Source: Octopus vulgaris
Taxonomy: Eukaryota
Reading direction: 5' to 3'
NCBI GenBank assembly: GCA_951406725.2
Contig: OX597815.1
Span: 1,860,001 to 1,924,000, forward strand
Length of the DNA: 64,000 nucleotides
The position numbers were made by a program, and so were the translations under genes. This document shows, in pieces, positions 1 to 12,769 of the stretch. The notes beneath the pieces were generated by a model. It saw only the letters and a list, made by a program, of their open reading frames with translations. It made no database searches and had not been told where the DNA came from. How positions within the stretch are numbered: the first letter of the stretch is position 1; each line of letters starts with the position of its first letter.

Positions 1-144
1 AACGGTTAAGAAAGAAGAAGTCGTTTGCCCGATTCTTTGTTTCCAGAATCAAAAGAGGAAGCATCTTCCCAAACGTGCATTTGGTTGCAGACAGTAACTG
101 CATTGACTGGCACTGGTTGTCCTTAAAGACCTGCGTGCACACAC

Positions 145-432
145 ATCATCATCATCATCATCATTTAACGTCCGCTTTCCATGTTAGCATGGGTTGGACG
201 ATTTTGACTGAGGGCTGGCGAACCAAACTCCAATCTTGATCTGGCAGAGTTTCTACAGCTGGATGCCCTTCCTAACGCCAACCACTCTGAGAGTGTAGTG
301 GGTGCTTTTAAGTGTCACCGGCACGAGGGCCAGTTTGGTGGAACTAGAAACGGCCACACCCAAATGGTGCTTTTTATGTGCCACCTGCACAGGAGCCAGT
401 CCAGTGGCACCGGTGACGACCTCGCTCGAATC
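145..432 (-). mobile_element. Family A retroposon (RTE-LINE 3' end / SINE with (GAT)n tail)
   Basis: (CAT)n followed by TTAACGTCCGCTTTCCATG...GTTTCTACAGCTGGATGCCCTTCCTAACGCCAACCAC; more than 20 copies in the window. Confidence 0.85.
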
Positions 433-703
433 CACACACACACAAACAAAAAACAAAACAAACTCGAAGCTATCAGTCAATGCTGTTTCCATATGTAAAG
501 AGGCACCCGGGTAGCAGCAGACAGTCGGAATTTCTTGCTCTTAATTTGCCACTGGATGTCTGACCCTACCTCAAGTACTGATCGTATCATTTTCATTTGC
601 CATCATTTCTACAGCACTTCAAGCACTTGCTCACTGGAGATTGGTGCCAATCTAACTTTGCAAATATAACGACTGCACATGTACTTGAAGTCATTTCTTC
701 CTT

Positions 704-770
704 GCCAGCCTGCCTGCCTGCCAGCCTGCCTGCCAGCCAGCCTGCCTGCCAGCCTGCCTGCCTGCCTGCC
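704..770. repeat. (GCCT/GCCA)n microsatellite
   Basis: Tandem tetranucleotide run. Confidence 0.9.
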
Positions 771-1249
771 AGGGTATCTGATATTCAACTATCTTCTTCT
801 AGATTTAATGGCTGTCATGTTTATTCAGTGTTGAATAAATGGCTATGACCAACAGAGAAATAACTAAATAAAAAGAGACAAAAACAGTGCAAAATTTTAT
901 AAAGTTCTTGAAAAACAGAAACGTCCATGTGTAACTACTTCAGTACATGAGAGGCAATAAATCTCAGGTATTAGCTTTGATAAATATATTTTGACACTCT
1001 ACCTTAAGTATTGAGTTCTCTTGGTTTTTCCTTCTGTTATTCTTTTACACCAAAGACATTATATTCAAACTGCTTACGTCTGTTATTAGCAAGGTACAGG
1101 AAAAAGAAAAAAAAAAGGCAGGCATCGTAGCTTTTACAGGCTTTCTGATGAGGGTGACGTCAGTGAACAGTCATTTGGACTTGTTGCAAACTGACAATAG
1201 CAAGAAAGATGTGAGCAATGGCGGGGGTTTCCAAAGAACTAATGTTTAT

Positions 1250-1474
1250 GAGATTCGAGCGAGGTCATTGCCGGTACCGCCTGACTGGCCCCGTGCCGGT
1301 GGCACGTAAAAGCACACACTACACTCTCGGAGTCGTTGGTGTTAGGGAGGGCATCCAGCTGTAGAAACACTGCCAGATCAGATTGGATCCTGGCGCAGCC
1401 ACCTGGTTCGCCAGTCCTCAGTCAATCGTTCAACCCATGCCAGCATGGAAAACAGACGTTAAACGATGATGATG
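1250..1474 (+). mobile_element. Family A retroposon copy
   Basis: Ends CCAACCCATGCCAGCATGGAAAACAGACGTTAAAC(GAT)n. Confidence 0.85.
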
Positions 1475-1749
1475 AGAGGAAGGACTGGGAATAGTGGTGA
1501 GGGTGAGGGCAGATGTGGCACCAGGTGGAGTTGGATACAACCTGAGTAATGGGAAGAGGAGACATGACTGAGCCAGGGGCACCTGAGCAGAAGTGGCACA
1601 AGAGCTTCAAGATTTGAAAAGATGGAACTATTGTAATAGAAAAGATAGATGGAGAGAGAGAGAGGACACACAGCATGGTTGTGATGCAGAGGCTGGAGCA
1701 GATCAGTCTATCTGCTATGTATCTATATCTTGGTATTGACCCTACTATT

Positions 1750-2234
1750 CATCATCATCATCGTTTAACGTCCGCTTTCAATGCTAGCATGGGTTGGATG
1801 GTTTGACTGAGGGCTGGTGAACCAGATGGCTGCACCAGGCTCCAATCTTGATCTGGCAGAGTTTCTACAGCTGGATGCCCTTCCTAACGCCAACCTCTCC
1901 AAGAGTGTAGTGGGTGCTTTTTATGTGCCAGTCAGGCGGTTCTGGCAACGACCTCATTCGAATCTTTTACAGATGCCAGTAAGGCAATGCTGGTAAGGAT
2001 CACGCTCGAATGGTGTCTTTTACATGCCACCTGCGCGGAGGCCAGATAGCCGCTCTGGCAACGATCACGCTCGGATGGTGCTCTTAATACCCTACTAGCA
2101 CGGGGCTCGAGTGCCAGTAAGGCAACCGATGCTGGTAACGATCATGCTCGAATTGTGCCTTTTAAGTGCCACTGGCACGGGAGCCGGCTAGCCACTCTGT
2201 CAATGATCACACTCGTATGGTGTTCTTTGCACCA
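1750..2234 (-). mobile_element. Family A retroposon, long copy with ~65-bp internal minisatellite
   Basis: Family A tail plus repeated GGTGCTTTT..TGCCAC..GGCAACGATCACGCTCG units. Confidence 0.85.
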
Positions 2235-2597
2235 ACTGGTCACAATGTGCTTCACTTTGCATTATTTTAGCTCTTGAATGATGCCAGCCTGCAGGTTAGG
2301 AGAGCAGACCAACATTGTCCCCCATCAGAAGGCTAGTCTGTCCCAGGGTGACCCATTTGAAGCTGAGTGGACTGGGGCAGGGTGAGATGAAGTGTTTTGC
2401 TCGAGAACACAATATGTCATCTGGTCTGGCAGTCAAACCTACAATCTGGCAACTGTGAGTGCTGCACACTAACCACCGGGCCATATAGCTACATAGATAC
2501 ACACATAGATACATGAAAGATAATAATTGCTATCTCTGATTGCCCTTCTGTAAATCTAATTACGGTCCTCAGTAAGAATTCTCAATATACACAAACA

Positions 2598-2983
2598 GGC
2601 GCAGGAGTGACTGTGTGGTAAGTAGCTTGCTTACCAGCCACATGGTTCCAGGTTCAGTCCCACTGCTTGGCACCTTGGGCAAGTGTCTTCTACTATAGCC
2701 TCGGGCCAACCGAAGCCTTGTGAGTGGATTTGGTAGACGGAAACAGAAAGAAGCCCGTTGTATATATGTATGTATATGTGTTTGTTTGTGTGTCTGTGTT
2801 TGTCCCCCCAACATCGCTTGACAACCGATGCTGGTGTGTTTACGTCCCCGTCAAATAGCGGTTCGGCAAAAGAGACCGATAGAATAAGTACTAAGCTTAC
2901 AAAGAATAAGTCCTGGGGTCGATTTATTCGACTAAAGGCAGTGCTCCAGCATGGCCACAGTCAAATGATTGAAACAAGTAAAA
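2598..2983 (+). mobile_element. Family B tRNA-derived SINE, full length
   Basis: tRNA-like head (TGTGTGGTAAG...GGTTCAGTCCC), central (TA/TG)n, tail CAGCATGGCCACAGTCAAATGA..GAAACAAGTAAAA; more than 12 copies. Confidence 0.85.
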
Positions 2984-3545
2984 CTTGGTATAGTTTTACA
3001 CACACACACACACACACACACATAGCTGTGCTGGTGCCACATAAAAATCCCCCAGTACACTCCGCCACAGGCAGAATTTTGTAACCTCTTAAGCAACCAT
3101 TACACTTTCAATTCTGCTTTCACCTGAATATTTGCTTCAGGAAAACAATTCCACTGCAGCAGCCGAAGCTGTGATCTTATTAATGTAAACAGAAGAATCG
3201 GAATAAACTGGCAGCCGCTACTAAATCTGACAAATTAAAGAAAGTATCAGAACTTTGTGTAGGCGTTTGGGAGCGGGGAAGAAGTGTGTGTGGGGTGGCG
3301 GAGGCTAATGCAGAAAAACTTTCTTGGTATAGTTTTACACACACACACACACACACACACAATAGCTGTGCTGGTGCCACATAAAAATCCCCCAGTACAC
3401 TCCGTTAAGTGGTTGGCATTAGAAAGGGCATCAAGTAACCATGTCAAAACAAACAACTGAAGCCTAGCGCAGCCCTCCAGCTGGCCACCTCTTGTTATAC
3501 CATCCAACTCATGTCCAGCATGGAAAACAGATATCTGATAATGAT

Positions 3546-3962
3546 CATTCATTCATTGTTCGACCGTGGTTGAGACAATGGAATTTACTATGTTATGCAA
3601 GACCTCACGGTCCATCATAGCATTACGGAGGTCCTGTTGCTGGATGCCTGTATCCCTGGAGATTACATCAGGGTAGCAGAGTGTGCGCCCTCTGGTATCG
3701 CGAGCAGATGGCTTCCAGAAGAGAAGAGTAGAAAATATTTTGTTTTCAGCTCTACAACAATGTCCAGCAAACTGGACTCTTCTACATTTCACAAGAGATG
3801 ACACAGGTGGTAATTTCCCATATATTTGTACTTTGGTTGGATGACGCTTCCACGAGAGATTTTGAGCTCTCATAAAGAGGCGAGTGTAAGTTCCATCCAA
3901 CCGCATCTCAAGCTTCTTTGAATACATCCAGGTTTCTGAGCCATATAGTAGAATTGGTTCGA
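3546..3962 (-). mobile_element. 5'-truncated RTE-clade LINE (ORF2 C-terminus), (GAAT)n tail, 11-bp TSD
   Basis: ORF 3553..3981 has LLYGSETW, RRVQFAGHCCR, LLFWKP, AMMDRE; TSD CTGATAATGAT at 3535-3545 and 3963-3973. Confidence 0.85.
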
Positions 3963-4512
3963 CTGATAATGATGGTGACAATGGTGCTCATACGAGAACT
4001 GTCCATAAAAGACCAAACCTTTTGAAAGACAAACTCATTGTTTTACTTACATTGCATGGTGCCTTGGGCAAGTGTCTACTACAATAGCCCCAGGCTGACC
4101 AAAGCCTGAGAGAAGCTGAGGGAAGCCCATCAAATATGTGTATATATGTGTGTGTGTGTTAGTGTCTCTTTGCCTTGACGTTGTGTGATAATTGTAAGAG
4201 AGTGTGATTGTCACACAATGTGGTGCTCTTCATTTCCAATGTTTTGTGTAAACATATCTGGTCATGGGGAAATTATCCCCTTACTTGAAAACGGGTGAAG
4301 GTTGGTACCAGGAAAGGCATCTAACCATAGAAAACCTGCCTCAAGAGATTCTGTGTGACTCATGCAAGCATGGGAAAGTGGACATTAAATGATGAAGGCT
4401 TAGAATTTCATCAGACATGACCCCTTTCAATCATAATACATCCCTGCCGGTGTTACTTTGCCCCTTATTTTGGAATGCATTTTCAGGAGCAGTGCACGAT
4501 TCTTGGAGTGAA

Positions 4513-4638
4513 ATCATCATCATCATCATCATCATTTAATGTCTGTTTTCCATGCTAGCAGGAGTTGGATGGTTCAACTGGGGTCTGGGAAGCCAGGAGG
4601 TTGCACCAGGCTCCAGTCTGATCTGGCAGTGTTTCTAC
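4513..4638 (-). mobile_element. Family A copy, truncated
   Basis: (CAT)n tail and family A 3' motif. Confidence 0.75.
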
Positions 4639-4695
4639 AAAAATTCCAATTCTAAAGGGTCGAAACAAATCCGAGCAACGCCGGGCGATACTGCT
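4639..4695 (+). mobile_element. Helitron 3'-end fragment
   Basis: Matches 3' end of 36868-37244, including the hairpin CCGAGCAACGCCGGG. Confidence 0.7.
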
Positions 4696-5920
4696 TAATA
4701 TGTTTGAGTTGATTTGAGTGTGAATATGGGGGTCACAGTTGTATTGCCTCAGTGGAGAATTTGTCCGGCCTTTAAGTGTGTCCATGACACACAGGATTCT
4801 AGCAAGAATGCTGGATCTTGGTTATTGACACCAGCAGACATCAGTAAATAATTTGTTGGCTGCTTTCTATAAACAAGGGCCTGTACTCTTGTTAGATTCC
4901 TTGATCCAGGCATAGATTTGACTGAGGAGGCATACAATAAAGTTGAAATACCACATATCTCAAAACCCCGTTACATCAATGTACTACCTGTGTTATAAGC
5001 ACACATTGTCTAAAGGGAGGAGATGTTCTCCAACAAAGAAACACAACAGTAATCAGATGTTCTGCAAGAACATCTTGGATACACTGATTACGATGATAAT
5101 TAGAGCAAAAATCTTCTGATTAACGATTATCGTTTATGAAGAAATTTTGCCATAAAACATTTATTCTGTTGGAGAATTTAACCAAATAAAAAAATGAAAA
5201 AAATTGCAACAAAAAAATAAAAAGAAGATAGCACTTTTCTTAAAATGGCAACTTCATTGATTAACGCACCAATTAGAGACAGGTAGTTTCTTTAAAATTA
5301 GTTATCTAGTTTACAGTGTGCAGGTGTGCCTCCTTCACAGTGAAATTTCCGATGGCAAATTTTCTCAGGACAAAAATGTTTCTGGTGAGTTTTCCAGACT
5401 TGTTTTTCCTGCACTAACCACACTATGCTAATCCTTCATCACCAGAACTGCATCCCACTGGAAACTCCTCTCCACTTTTGTCTCTCCTTCCTGCAGGTGT
5501 TGATTTGTGACAATTTAAGTAGAACATTAATGGTATGAAGCTCACCATGCCAGAGAACATAAGGGATCACCAAGTAAAAGAACAAAACAAAAAAAAAAAC
5601 TAGAAAGTAAGCAAAAATGTAAACTGAAACAACTGACAACCGAATGGGGGGGGGGATGGAATCTGTGTTGTGATATGAAATTTATGCAAATTAAGGAGTT
5701 GGATATAGAATAGTGAAAGGAAACCAAAAACTTTGTTTAATTGACACAGAGGTCACGAGTGAAAAAAAAAAGATCCTGGCAACTAACATTTAACAACATG
5801 AAGGGTTGACCTAGTTTCCTATCATTTATCCCAGAAAATGTCAGCACCACTTGTGTAAGGGGTTGGGCAAGAAGATTTGAACTTTGGGTCATTAACTCAT
5901 TAAATAGTGTGTGTGTGTGT

Positions 5921-5956
<36 letters not shown>

Positions 5957-6692
5957 GAAGAGGGGTTGTCAGCCCCCAGCTGCAGATCTGACAGCCATCA
6001 ATTCAATTGTCACTCTTCCAGATGGAACTACTGCTATGACATGGGTTGGATGGTTGAACAGGAATTGGTGGTTCCAAGGAGTGCATTGAGCTCCAGTGTC
6101 TACTTTGGCATGGTTTCTATGGCCCGGAAGCCTATCCTCACGCCAACCACTTTTCAAAGTCATGTGGCACAAGTGCATTTAGAATTACTACATAGCTCCC
6201 CAATAATTCGAAACCCTCATCATTTTACATGCGCACAAACACACACACATATATAAAGAACCATCTATGTAGTGAAACTGAATCTAAATACATGGTGAAA
6301 GGCAAATTTGCAGCAGTATTGATCCAGAGATAACATCTCTTATTGATGTGCTGTGTTTAAAAACAATATCTATCAGAGGCTGATGAAAATTGCCCCAGCA
6401 GTGGCAGCTGCAGTTGCTAGTGAAGATGCTAATTGCATTTCTGCGTGATTGGGCTTTGTCAGTAGTGTGTACTCACAGGTCAACCACATGCTCGGATGAA
6501 ATCTGTTGCCACTGAAATAGGGAAATGGATTAAACAATCACTGGTGTTGTGGATAGTCATCTGGTTGAATAAAATCTATTATTTGTAACAGAAGCAGTAT
6601 TTGATCCAAAGAGCCATCTGTGTTATCCCACTCAATATAAATACATCATGAAAGGCAAATATACTGCAGTTGTTTTCTGGAGATAACATCTC

Positions 6693-6920
6693 TTAACCCT
6701 TTAGCGTTCAGATTACTCTGTTAAACGCAATGCTTATTTATTCAAATTGTTTTCAATTAATCATGCATTATCTGATAGCTTCAAGATTTCTACGATGTGA
6801 TTATTTATTTTTAAAATGACATTTTAAAGCAGGTGTCAGAGGTCAGGTATGGTTAGTTTGAGCATAAAACATGGAGAATATCTGGACCTAATATGGCCTG
6901 CTTAAATGCTAACCGGTTAA
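6693..6920. mobile_element. piggyBac-like TTAA MITE (family P1)
   Basis: TTAA|CCCTTTAGC ... GCTAACCGG|TTAA; homologues at 19683, 23501, 61999. Confidence 0.7.
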
Positions 6921-7400
6921 GGGCATATTGTGATTAAAAACACTCTTTCATTGTCCTCTCTCTCTGGGAGGCTTTTTTCTATTTTTTCTCCCCCTCCTCC
7001 GCTCACATTTATCCATTTCTTATCTCATTGTTCTCTCGGCATTCATCCATTCTTCTCTCCCATCTTTTCTTTCTCTCACTGCCCCACCCCAACCCCTATT
7101 CACTCTGCCTACCCCCCTCCCTGGTCCTATGTTATTCTCCATCACCTCTTTCCTTGCTGTTACTCTCCCTCCCCCTCCTCCACCTCAACATCCTCTTTTT
7201 TCTCGTCCACAACCCTCACAGCTCTTCCTTCCTTTAGCGATCCTTTCAAGATCCTCTCCCTTTTCCATTCCTACTTGCCTTTACAATACGATGGAGGTGG
7301 GGCTTAACCTTGAAACCCTCAACACAGTCTATCCCACATCATCCTTTCCTTTATCACCAATCCCTTCCATATTACCCATCCTCTCTACTCCCCGCTTCCT

Positions 7401-7836
7401 AAAATTTGGTTTCAAATTTTGGCACAAGGCCAGCAATTTCAAGGTGTAGTGGTTAAGAGCGCGGGCTACTAACCCCAAGATTCCGAGTTCAATTCCAGGC
7501 AGTGACCTCAAAATAATAATAATAATAATATTGAAAAATACCTTAGGAATGAGAACCCAGGTTTGAAATTTCCCCAAGACACCTGATGATGGTTGGAAGG
7601 TATATCAGGTGAAATGTGTTAACAACAAACAAGATGAGGACAAATATCCGTCAAATGGAAATAATGTAAATAAAGTTGATTAGACTTTCTCTAGTGTTCA
7701 ACTGGTACTTATTTTATAGACCCCCCCACAAGGATGAAAGGCAAAGTCAACCTCGATGGAATCTGAACTCGGAACGTAAACACACGAAATACTGTGAAGC
7801 ATTTTGCCCAGTAAGCATTAAAGAATCTGCCAGCTT
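7401..7836 (-). mobile_element. Family C-variant SINE interrupted by a family E insertion
   Basis: 3' part 7401-7442 and head 7674-7836 (GGATGAAAGGCAAAGTCAACCTC...GAACTC). Confidence 0.65.
7443..7673 (+). mobile_element. Family E SINE: tRNA head, (AAT)n linker, hammerhead-like tail
   Basis: GTAGTGGTTAAG (A box), GGG-CTACTAA-CCC anticodon-like arm, GAGTTCAATTCC (B box); tail GACAC-CTGATGA...GAAA-TGTGTT; second copy at 29494-31686. Confidence 0.8.
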
Positions 7837-7844
7837 CTAATATT

Positions 7845-8021
7845 ACTCTTTTACTTGTTTCAGTCATTTGACTGCGGCCATGCTGGAGCACCGACTGTAA
7901 TCGAGCAACTCGACCCCGGGACTTATTCTTTTGTAAGCCCAGTACTTATTCTATCGGTCTCTTTTGCCGAACCGCTAAGCAACGGGGACATAAACACTAG
8001 GAGACAAACACAGACACACAA

Positions 8022-8078
<57 letters not shown>

Positions 8079-8260
8079 CATACATATACATATATACGAC
8101 AGGCTTCTTTCAGTTTCCGTCTACCAAATCCACTCACAAGGGTTTGGTCGGCCCGAGGCTATAGTAGAAGACACTTACCCAAGGTGCTACACAGTGGGAC
8201 TGAACCCGGAACCATGTGGTTGGTAGACAAGCTACTTACCACACACCCACTCCTGCGCCT
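7845..8260 (-). mobile_element. Family B SINE
   Basis: Reverse-complement match to 2598-2983. Confidence 0.85.
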
Positions 8261-8646
8261 ATTGTCTGTTTCGTTACTTTCCTCACTCTCTTACCATTAT
8301 CAATTGGTCCCTCTCTTTATACTTTACCAACTTTCTTTAAGCCACATAGAATCCTTACATCCTCCATCAACCATTTTCCTTCAGTTTATAGGGGTACCAA
8401 GGCCAGTAGTGTCGTAAATTTGTAACAACATCCCACCACTGCTGTTGCCACAGAAAAATGCATCTGGTCCACCCTGTAATGTGGATGACATTAGGAAGAG
8501 TATCCAGCCATAGAAATCATAGCAAAGAAGACACTGGATGATGGTGCAGTCCTCTGACTCATTGGAGATGATGACCACATATTTATGGACCCTCTCACAT
8601 GCACACACACATCTCCAATTAAGGTCATGTTTCATGCGGGCATATA

Positions 8647-8806
8647 TCATCATCATCACCTTTTAATATCCACTTTCCATGCTGGCATGGGTTGGATGAT
8701 TTGACTGAGGTCTGGTGAACCAGATGGCTGCACCAGACTCCAATCTGATGTGGCAGAGTTTCTACAGCTGGATGCCCTTCCTAACGCCAACCACTCCGAG
8801 AGTGTA
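8647..8806 (-). mobile_element. Family A copy
   Basis: Family A 3' motif. Confidence 0.8.
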
Positions 8807-8849
8807 GGCTGGCATATATATATATGCACACACAGACACATGCTTATGC

Positions 8850-9050
8850 ATGTTGCTTGATAAACCAGCGTTGGCATGTTTATGTCCCTGTAACTTAGCG
8901 GTTCAGCAAAAGAGACCAATAGAATAAGTACCAAGCTTTAAAAAATAAATAAGTATGGGTTTCCATTCACTCGGTTAAAACTTCTTAAAGGAAGTGCTCC
9001 AGCAAGGCCACAGTCTAATGACTGAAACAAATAAAAGATAAAAAAAAGAT
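8850..9050 (+). mobile_element. Family B SINE, 3' half
   Basis: GTAACTTAGCGGTTCAGCAAAAGAGACCAATAGAATAAGTAC. Confidence 0.75.
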
Positions 9051-9075
9051 ATGTACACACATAAATATAAGTGTA

Positions 9076-10369
9076 GGAGGTGATGTTCATTAAAGATTTC
9101 CCTTGACCCACTTCTTGTAATTGCAGGAAACGGAACTTGTACAGGTATAACCATACATGTCTCTACATGTCACATTGTAAATTGCAGCTTTCCACCAGTA
9201 TTCGTTTGTTTTTTACGGCTGCTGAAGTGGACTTAGGTGTTATAATGGAGGCAGGTGAATGCAGATCAGTGACCAGGTTCTTATACTTGAAAGGTCATTC
9301 GCCAAAAGAAACTTTTGATAAGATGAAAGAAGTTTATGGTGATGATGCACCATCATAGAATGTAGTCAAGCACTGGCATCGCCAGTTCAAATGTGGTCGG
9401 ACATTGGTGGAAACTGCTCCTGTTCCTGGACGACCACATTCTTCCATTGATGATGACACCATCCATAAAGTGGAAGCTGCCATTTTGGAGGATCACCACA
9501 TTCAGCAACTAGCCCAAGAAGTGAAGACAAGCCTAGGGTCCATGGAAAAAAATCATTCACGACCATTTGCACATGCGGAAGTTGCCAGCACAATAGATTC
9601 CCCGGATGCTCCCACCTTTTCCGAAGCAGGAATGAGTCCATTGCCCCCAAGCTCTTTTGGCAATGTGCCAAGAAAATGAGGAGGACTTTTTTTGGCAGAT
9701 TTATCACACAGGATGAAGCATGGGTCCATCACTATGATCCTGAGACTAAAGTCCAGTTGAAGCAATGGAAGTATGATAACTCACCACCTCCAAAGAAGGT
9801 TTGTGTTCAACCCTCAGCAGGCAAGGTGATGCTCACAGTCTTTTGGGACCAGAGCGGAGTAGCGATGAAGGATTTTCTGGCAAAGGGTACCATAATTAAC
9901 AGGGAATATTATGCTTCTATGTTGCAGAAATTGCAGAGAACCATCAAAGCAGAGAGGCATGGCATGCTGACAAAAGGAGTCCACCTCCTCCAAGACAACA
10001 CCCCAGTTCTCAATGAGCATGTTGCCCAGATGAAAGCACCCTCCTGCAGCTAAGAAATCCTTCCTCATTTCCCCTTTACTCTCCCGACCTTGCACCATCT
10101 GCTTTCCACCTCTTTTTAGCCATGATGTCCTTTTTTGAAGAGGAAGCACTTTTTGGATGATGATGGACTTATTTGTGAGGTAAAGTCTTGGTGCCAGATG
10201 CAACCTACCGACTTCTACAGGTGAGGTCTTTACACCTGCATAAAGTGATGGGAGAAGTGTGTCACCATTGGTGGTGGCCATGTAGAGAAGGAATAATAAT
10301 TATGCCAGGTTTTGTTTATCCCAGTCCTTGGGAAGTGGGTCAGGGGAAATCTTTAATGAACACCCCTTG
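9076..10369 (+). mobile_element. mariner (Tc1/mariner) DNA transposon, ~1.3 kb, decayed
   Basis: TIRs TGTTCATTAAAGATTTCCC(T/C)TGACCCACTTC at ~9084-9114 and inverted at ~10332-10362; TA flanks. Confidence 0.9.
9245..10296 (+). pseudogene. mariner transposase pseudogene (stops and frameshifts)
   Basis: HTH region MEAGECRSVTRFLYLKG...PGRP, then ITQDEAWVHHYDPETK, KVMLTVFWD, LLQDN and YSPDLAPS(A)FHLF across several frames. Confidence 0.9.
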
Positions 10370-10659
10370 TATATACATGCATATATTTACACACACACAC
10401 ACACAAACATCGTATGTATGTTTGTTTGTGTAGCCCTGGTGTATTATCAGAAGAAAGCCGTCCCAATGTCATCAGCCACTTGAGGCCTCACTCTATCTCT
10501 CTCCCCCTCTAACAACCAACCCTCAAACTGCACTCATCACTAACCTCATTTTTGATATAACACTTGAATCAAACTGCACCAACAAACACCAGCCACACAC
10601 ACACACACACACAAAAGAACACTACTGAACCACTTCTAACAATCAGATCGAGTCTCTCT

Positions 10660-11048
10660 TTCCTTTTATCTCTCACAATTGTTTCAGTCATTAGACTGTG
10701 GCCATGCTGGGGCACCACCTTCAAAAATTTTTAGTTGAATGAATTGATTCCAGTACTTAGTTTTTTTAAAAACCGGTCCTTATTCTATCAGTCTATTTTG
10801 CCAAACAGCTAAGTTATGGGGACAAAAACACAACAACACCAGTTGCCAAGCAGCAGCAGAAGACAAACAGACACAAAGGCACACACACACATACACACGA
10901 TGGGCCTTTTTCAGTTTCCATCTACAAAATCTACTCACAAAGCTTTGGTTGCCCAGAAGCCATAATAGAAAACTCTTGCCAAAGGGACTGAACCCAGAAC
11001 CACATGGTTGAGAAGCAAGCTTCTTACCACACAGCCATGCCTGTACCT
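10660..11048 (-). mobile_element. Family B SINE, diverged
   Basis: Reverse match to the family B consensus. Confidence 0.75.
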
Positions 11049-11130
11049 ATAATTTCCATCTATTTCTATATTTTTTTTTAAAAGGATTCAACACATTTCT
11101 ATACTGTTTTTGTTTTCTTTTATAAGTCTA

Positions 11131-11686
11131 AAATCAAAATCAAAATCAAATTCGATGACTGGCATCTGCGCTAGCGGGGTGCAAAGAGTACCATACGAGT
11201 GTGATCATTTGACAGAACGGCTAACTGGCTTCTGTGTCTGTGGCACATAAAAGGGCACCATTCGAGTGTGATCGTTACCAGAGTCTCCTTACTGTCATTT
11301 GTGCCCGTGCTAGTAGGGTGCCAAGCGCACCATCCGAGCGTGATCGTTGCCAGAGCAGCCAACTGGCTTCCATGCCGGTGGCACGTAAAAGGGCACCATT
11401 CGAGCGTGATCATTACCAACGTCGCCTTACTGGCACCTGTGCCGGTGGCATGTGTAAAAAGATTCGAGGGAGGTCATTGCCAGAACCGCCTGACTGGCCC
11501 CCGTGCCGTTGGCATGTAAAAAGCACTCACGGAGTGGTTGGCATTAGGAAGGGCATCCAGCTGTAGAAACTCTGCCAGATCAAGATTGGAGCCTGGCACA
11601 GCCATCTGGTTCGCCAGCCCTCAGTCAAAATCGTCCAACCCATGCTAGCATGGAAGGTGGATATTAAACGATGATGATGATGATGA
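11131..11686 (+). mobile_element. Family A long copy with minisatellite
   Basis: About 6 internal units, (GAT)n tail. Confidence 0.85.
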
Positions 11687-12769
11687 AGTCAGTATTTCAT
11701 TTACTTCTTTGTGTTTGTATCTGGCAGTGATGATAGTGAAAAGATGAAGTTAACAAAGTTTGGTCATCATCACCATTCAACGTCTGCTTTCCATGCTGTC
11801 ATGGGTTGAATGGTTTGACAGGATTGGGGAGTTGCAGGGCTGCATTGAGCCCCTGTGTCAACTCTGGCAGAAGTTTCTATGGCTGAGTTCCTTTCCCTAA
11901 TGCCAACTACTTTACAGACTGACACCCGGTGCTTTTTTGATTTTCTTTGGGGGGAGTGCACCAGCACTAGTGGGGTCACCAAATAACTTGCAAGAGAGAG
12001 AAAGAACAGGAGAAAAAAGGGGGGAAAAACCCCTGACATCTAAGTGTGTGTGTGTGGGGGGGGAGGGGGTTGAGACTAGGGGAGGTGGCTTTATGCCAGA
12101 TGTTGAGTGCTTAAAGTATGATACAGGGACCAGCATAGGCAGACTTGGAAGCACAATCAGGCCCCCGTGTCTATGGTCTTCATCAGTGAAACCAGGAGTG
12201 AGTGTCCATTACAGCCTCGATGGCGGCTGATTGGTCAGCATTCATGAGGGACATGGTAAACTCAGTCAGAGCTGGCCCAACACACCCTGGGTAAATGCTG
12301 CTACAAGTATGAGTACAGGTGTCCTGCTATAGAGGAGATAGTTGGGTAGCCTACATCACATGAAGCTGGGTGGAAGTGGTTGGGAGGGAGAGAAGAGGGT
12401 AGTTGATAGGGTGCCAGAGAAGACCCTCAAAGAACAAGGAGGGGAAGATAAGAAAGGATAAGGACAGAGGATTGGCAGAAAAGGTGGGGTGGAGAGAGTG
12501 ACATGATTAGAGGTGGGGGTAGAAGGTTGAAGATGGATGGGGATGCTGAGAAAAAAAGAAGTGGCTTAGGGATAATAGATCAGAGAGTAGGGGGGATGAT
12601 AAGGTGTGGGCGAGATGGGGAGAGAGATATATATGTACATAAAGTTGGCTATAGTGAGTGGGGAGGGCATGGAAGGAATTCCTCAAAACACCAACCAGTC
12701 AGACATAAAGAAATGGGAATGAAGGAAAAGAGAGTTATGATAATAATGAAATTATTGTATACAGTGCTC

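Noticed and set aside
1-130. Open minus-strand frame VFKDNQCQSM... after a CAG
   Set aside because: No polypyrimidine tract, no recognisable protein, truncated by the window edge.
11131-11686. Regular repeat units resembling a CRISPR array
   Set aside because: Eukaryotic context, no cas genes, and the intervening sequences are homologous; it is a retroposon minisatellite.
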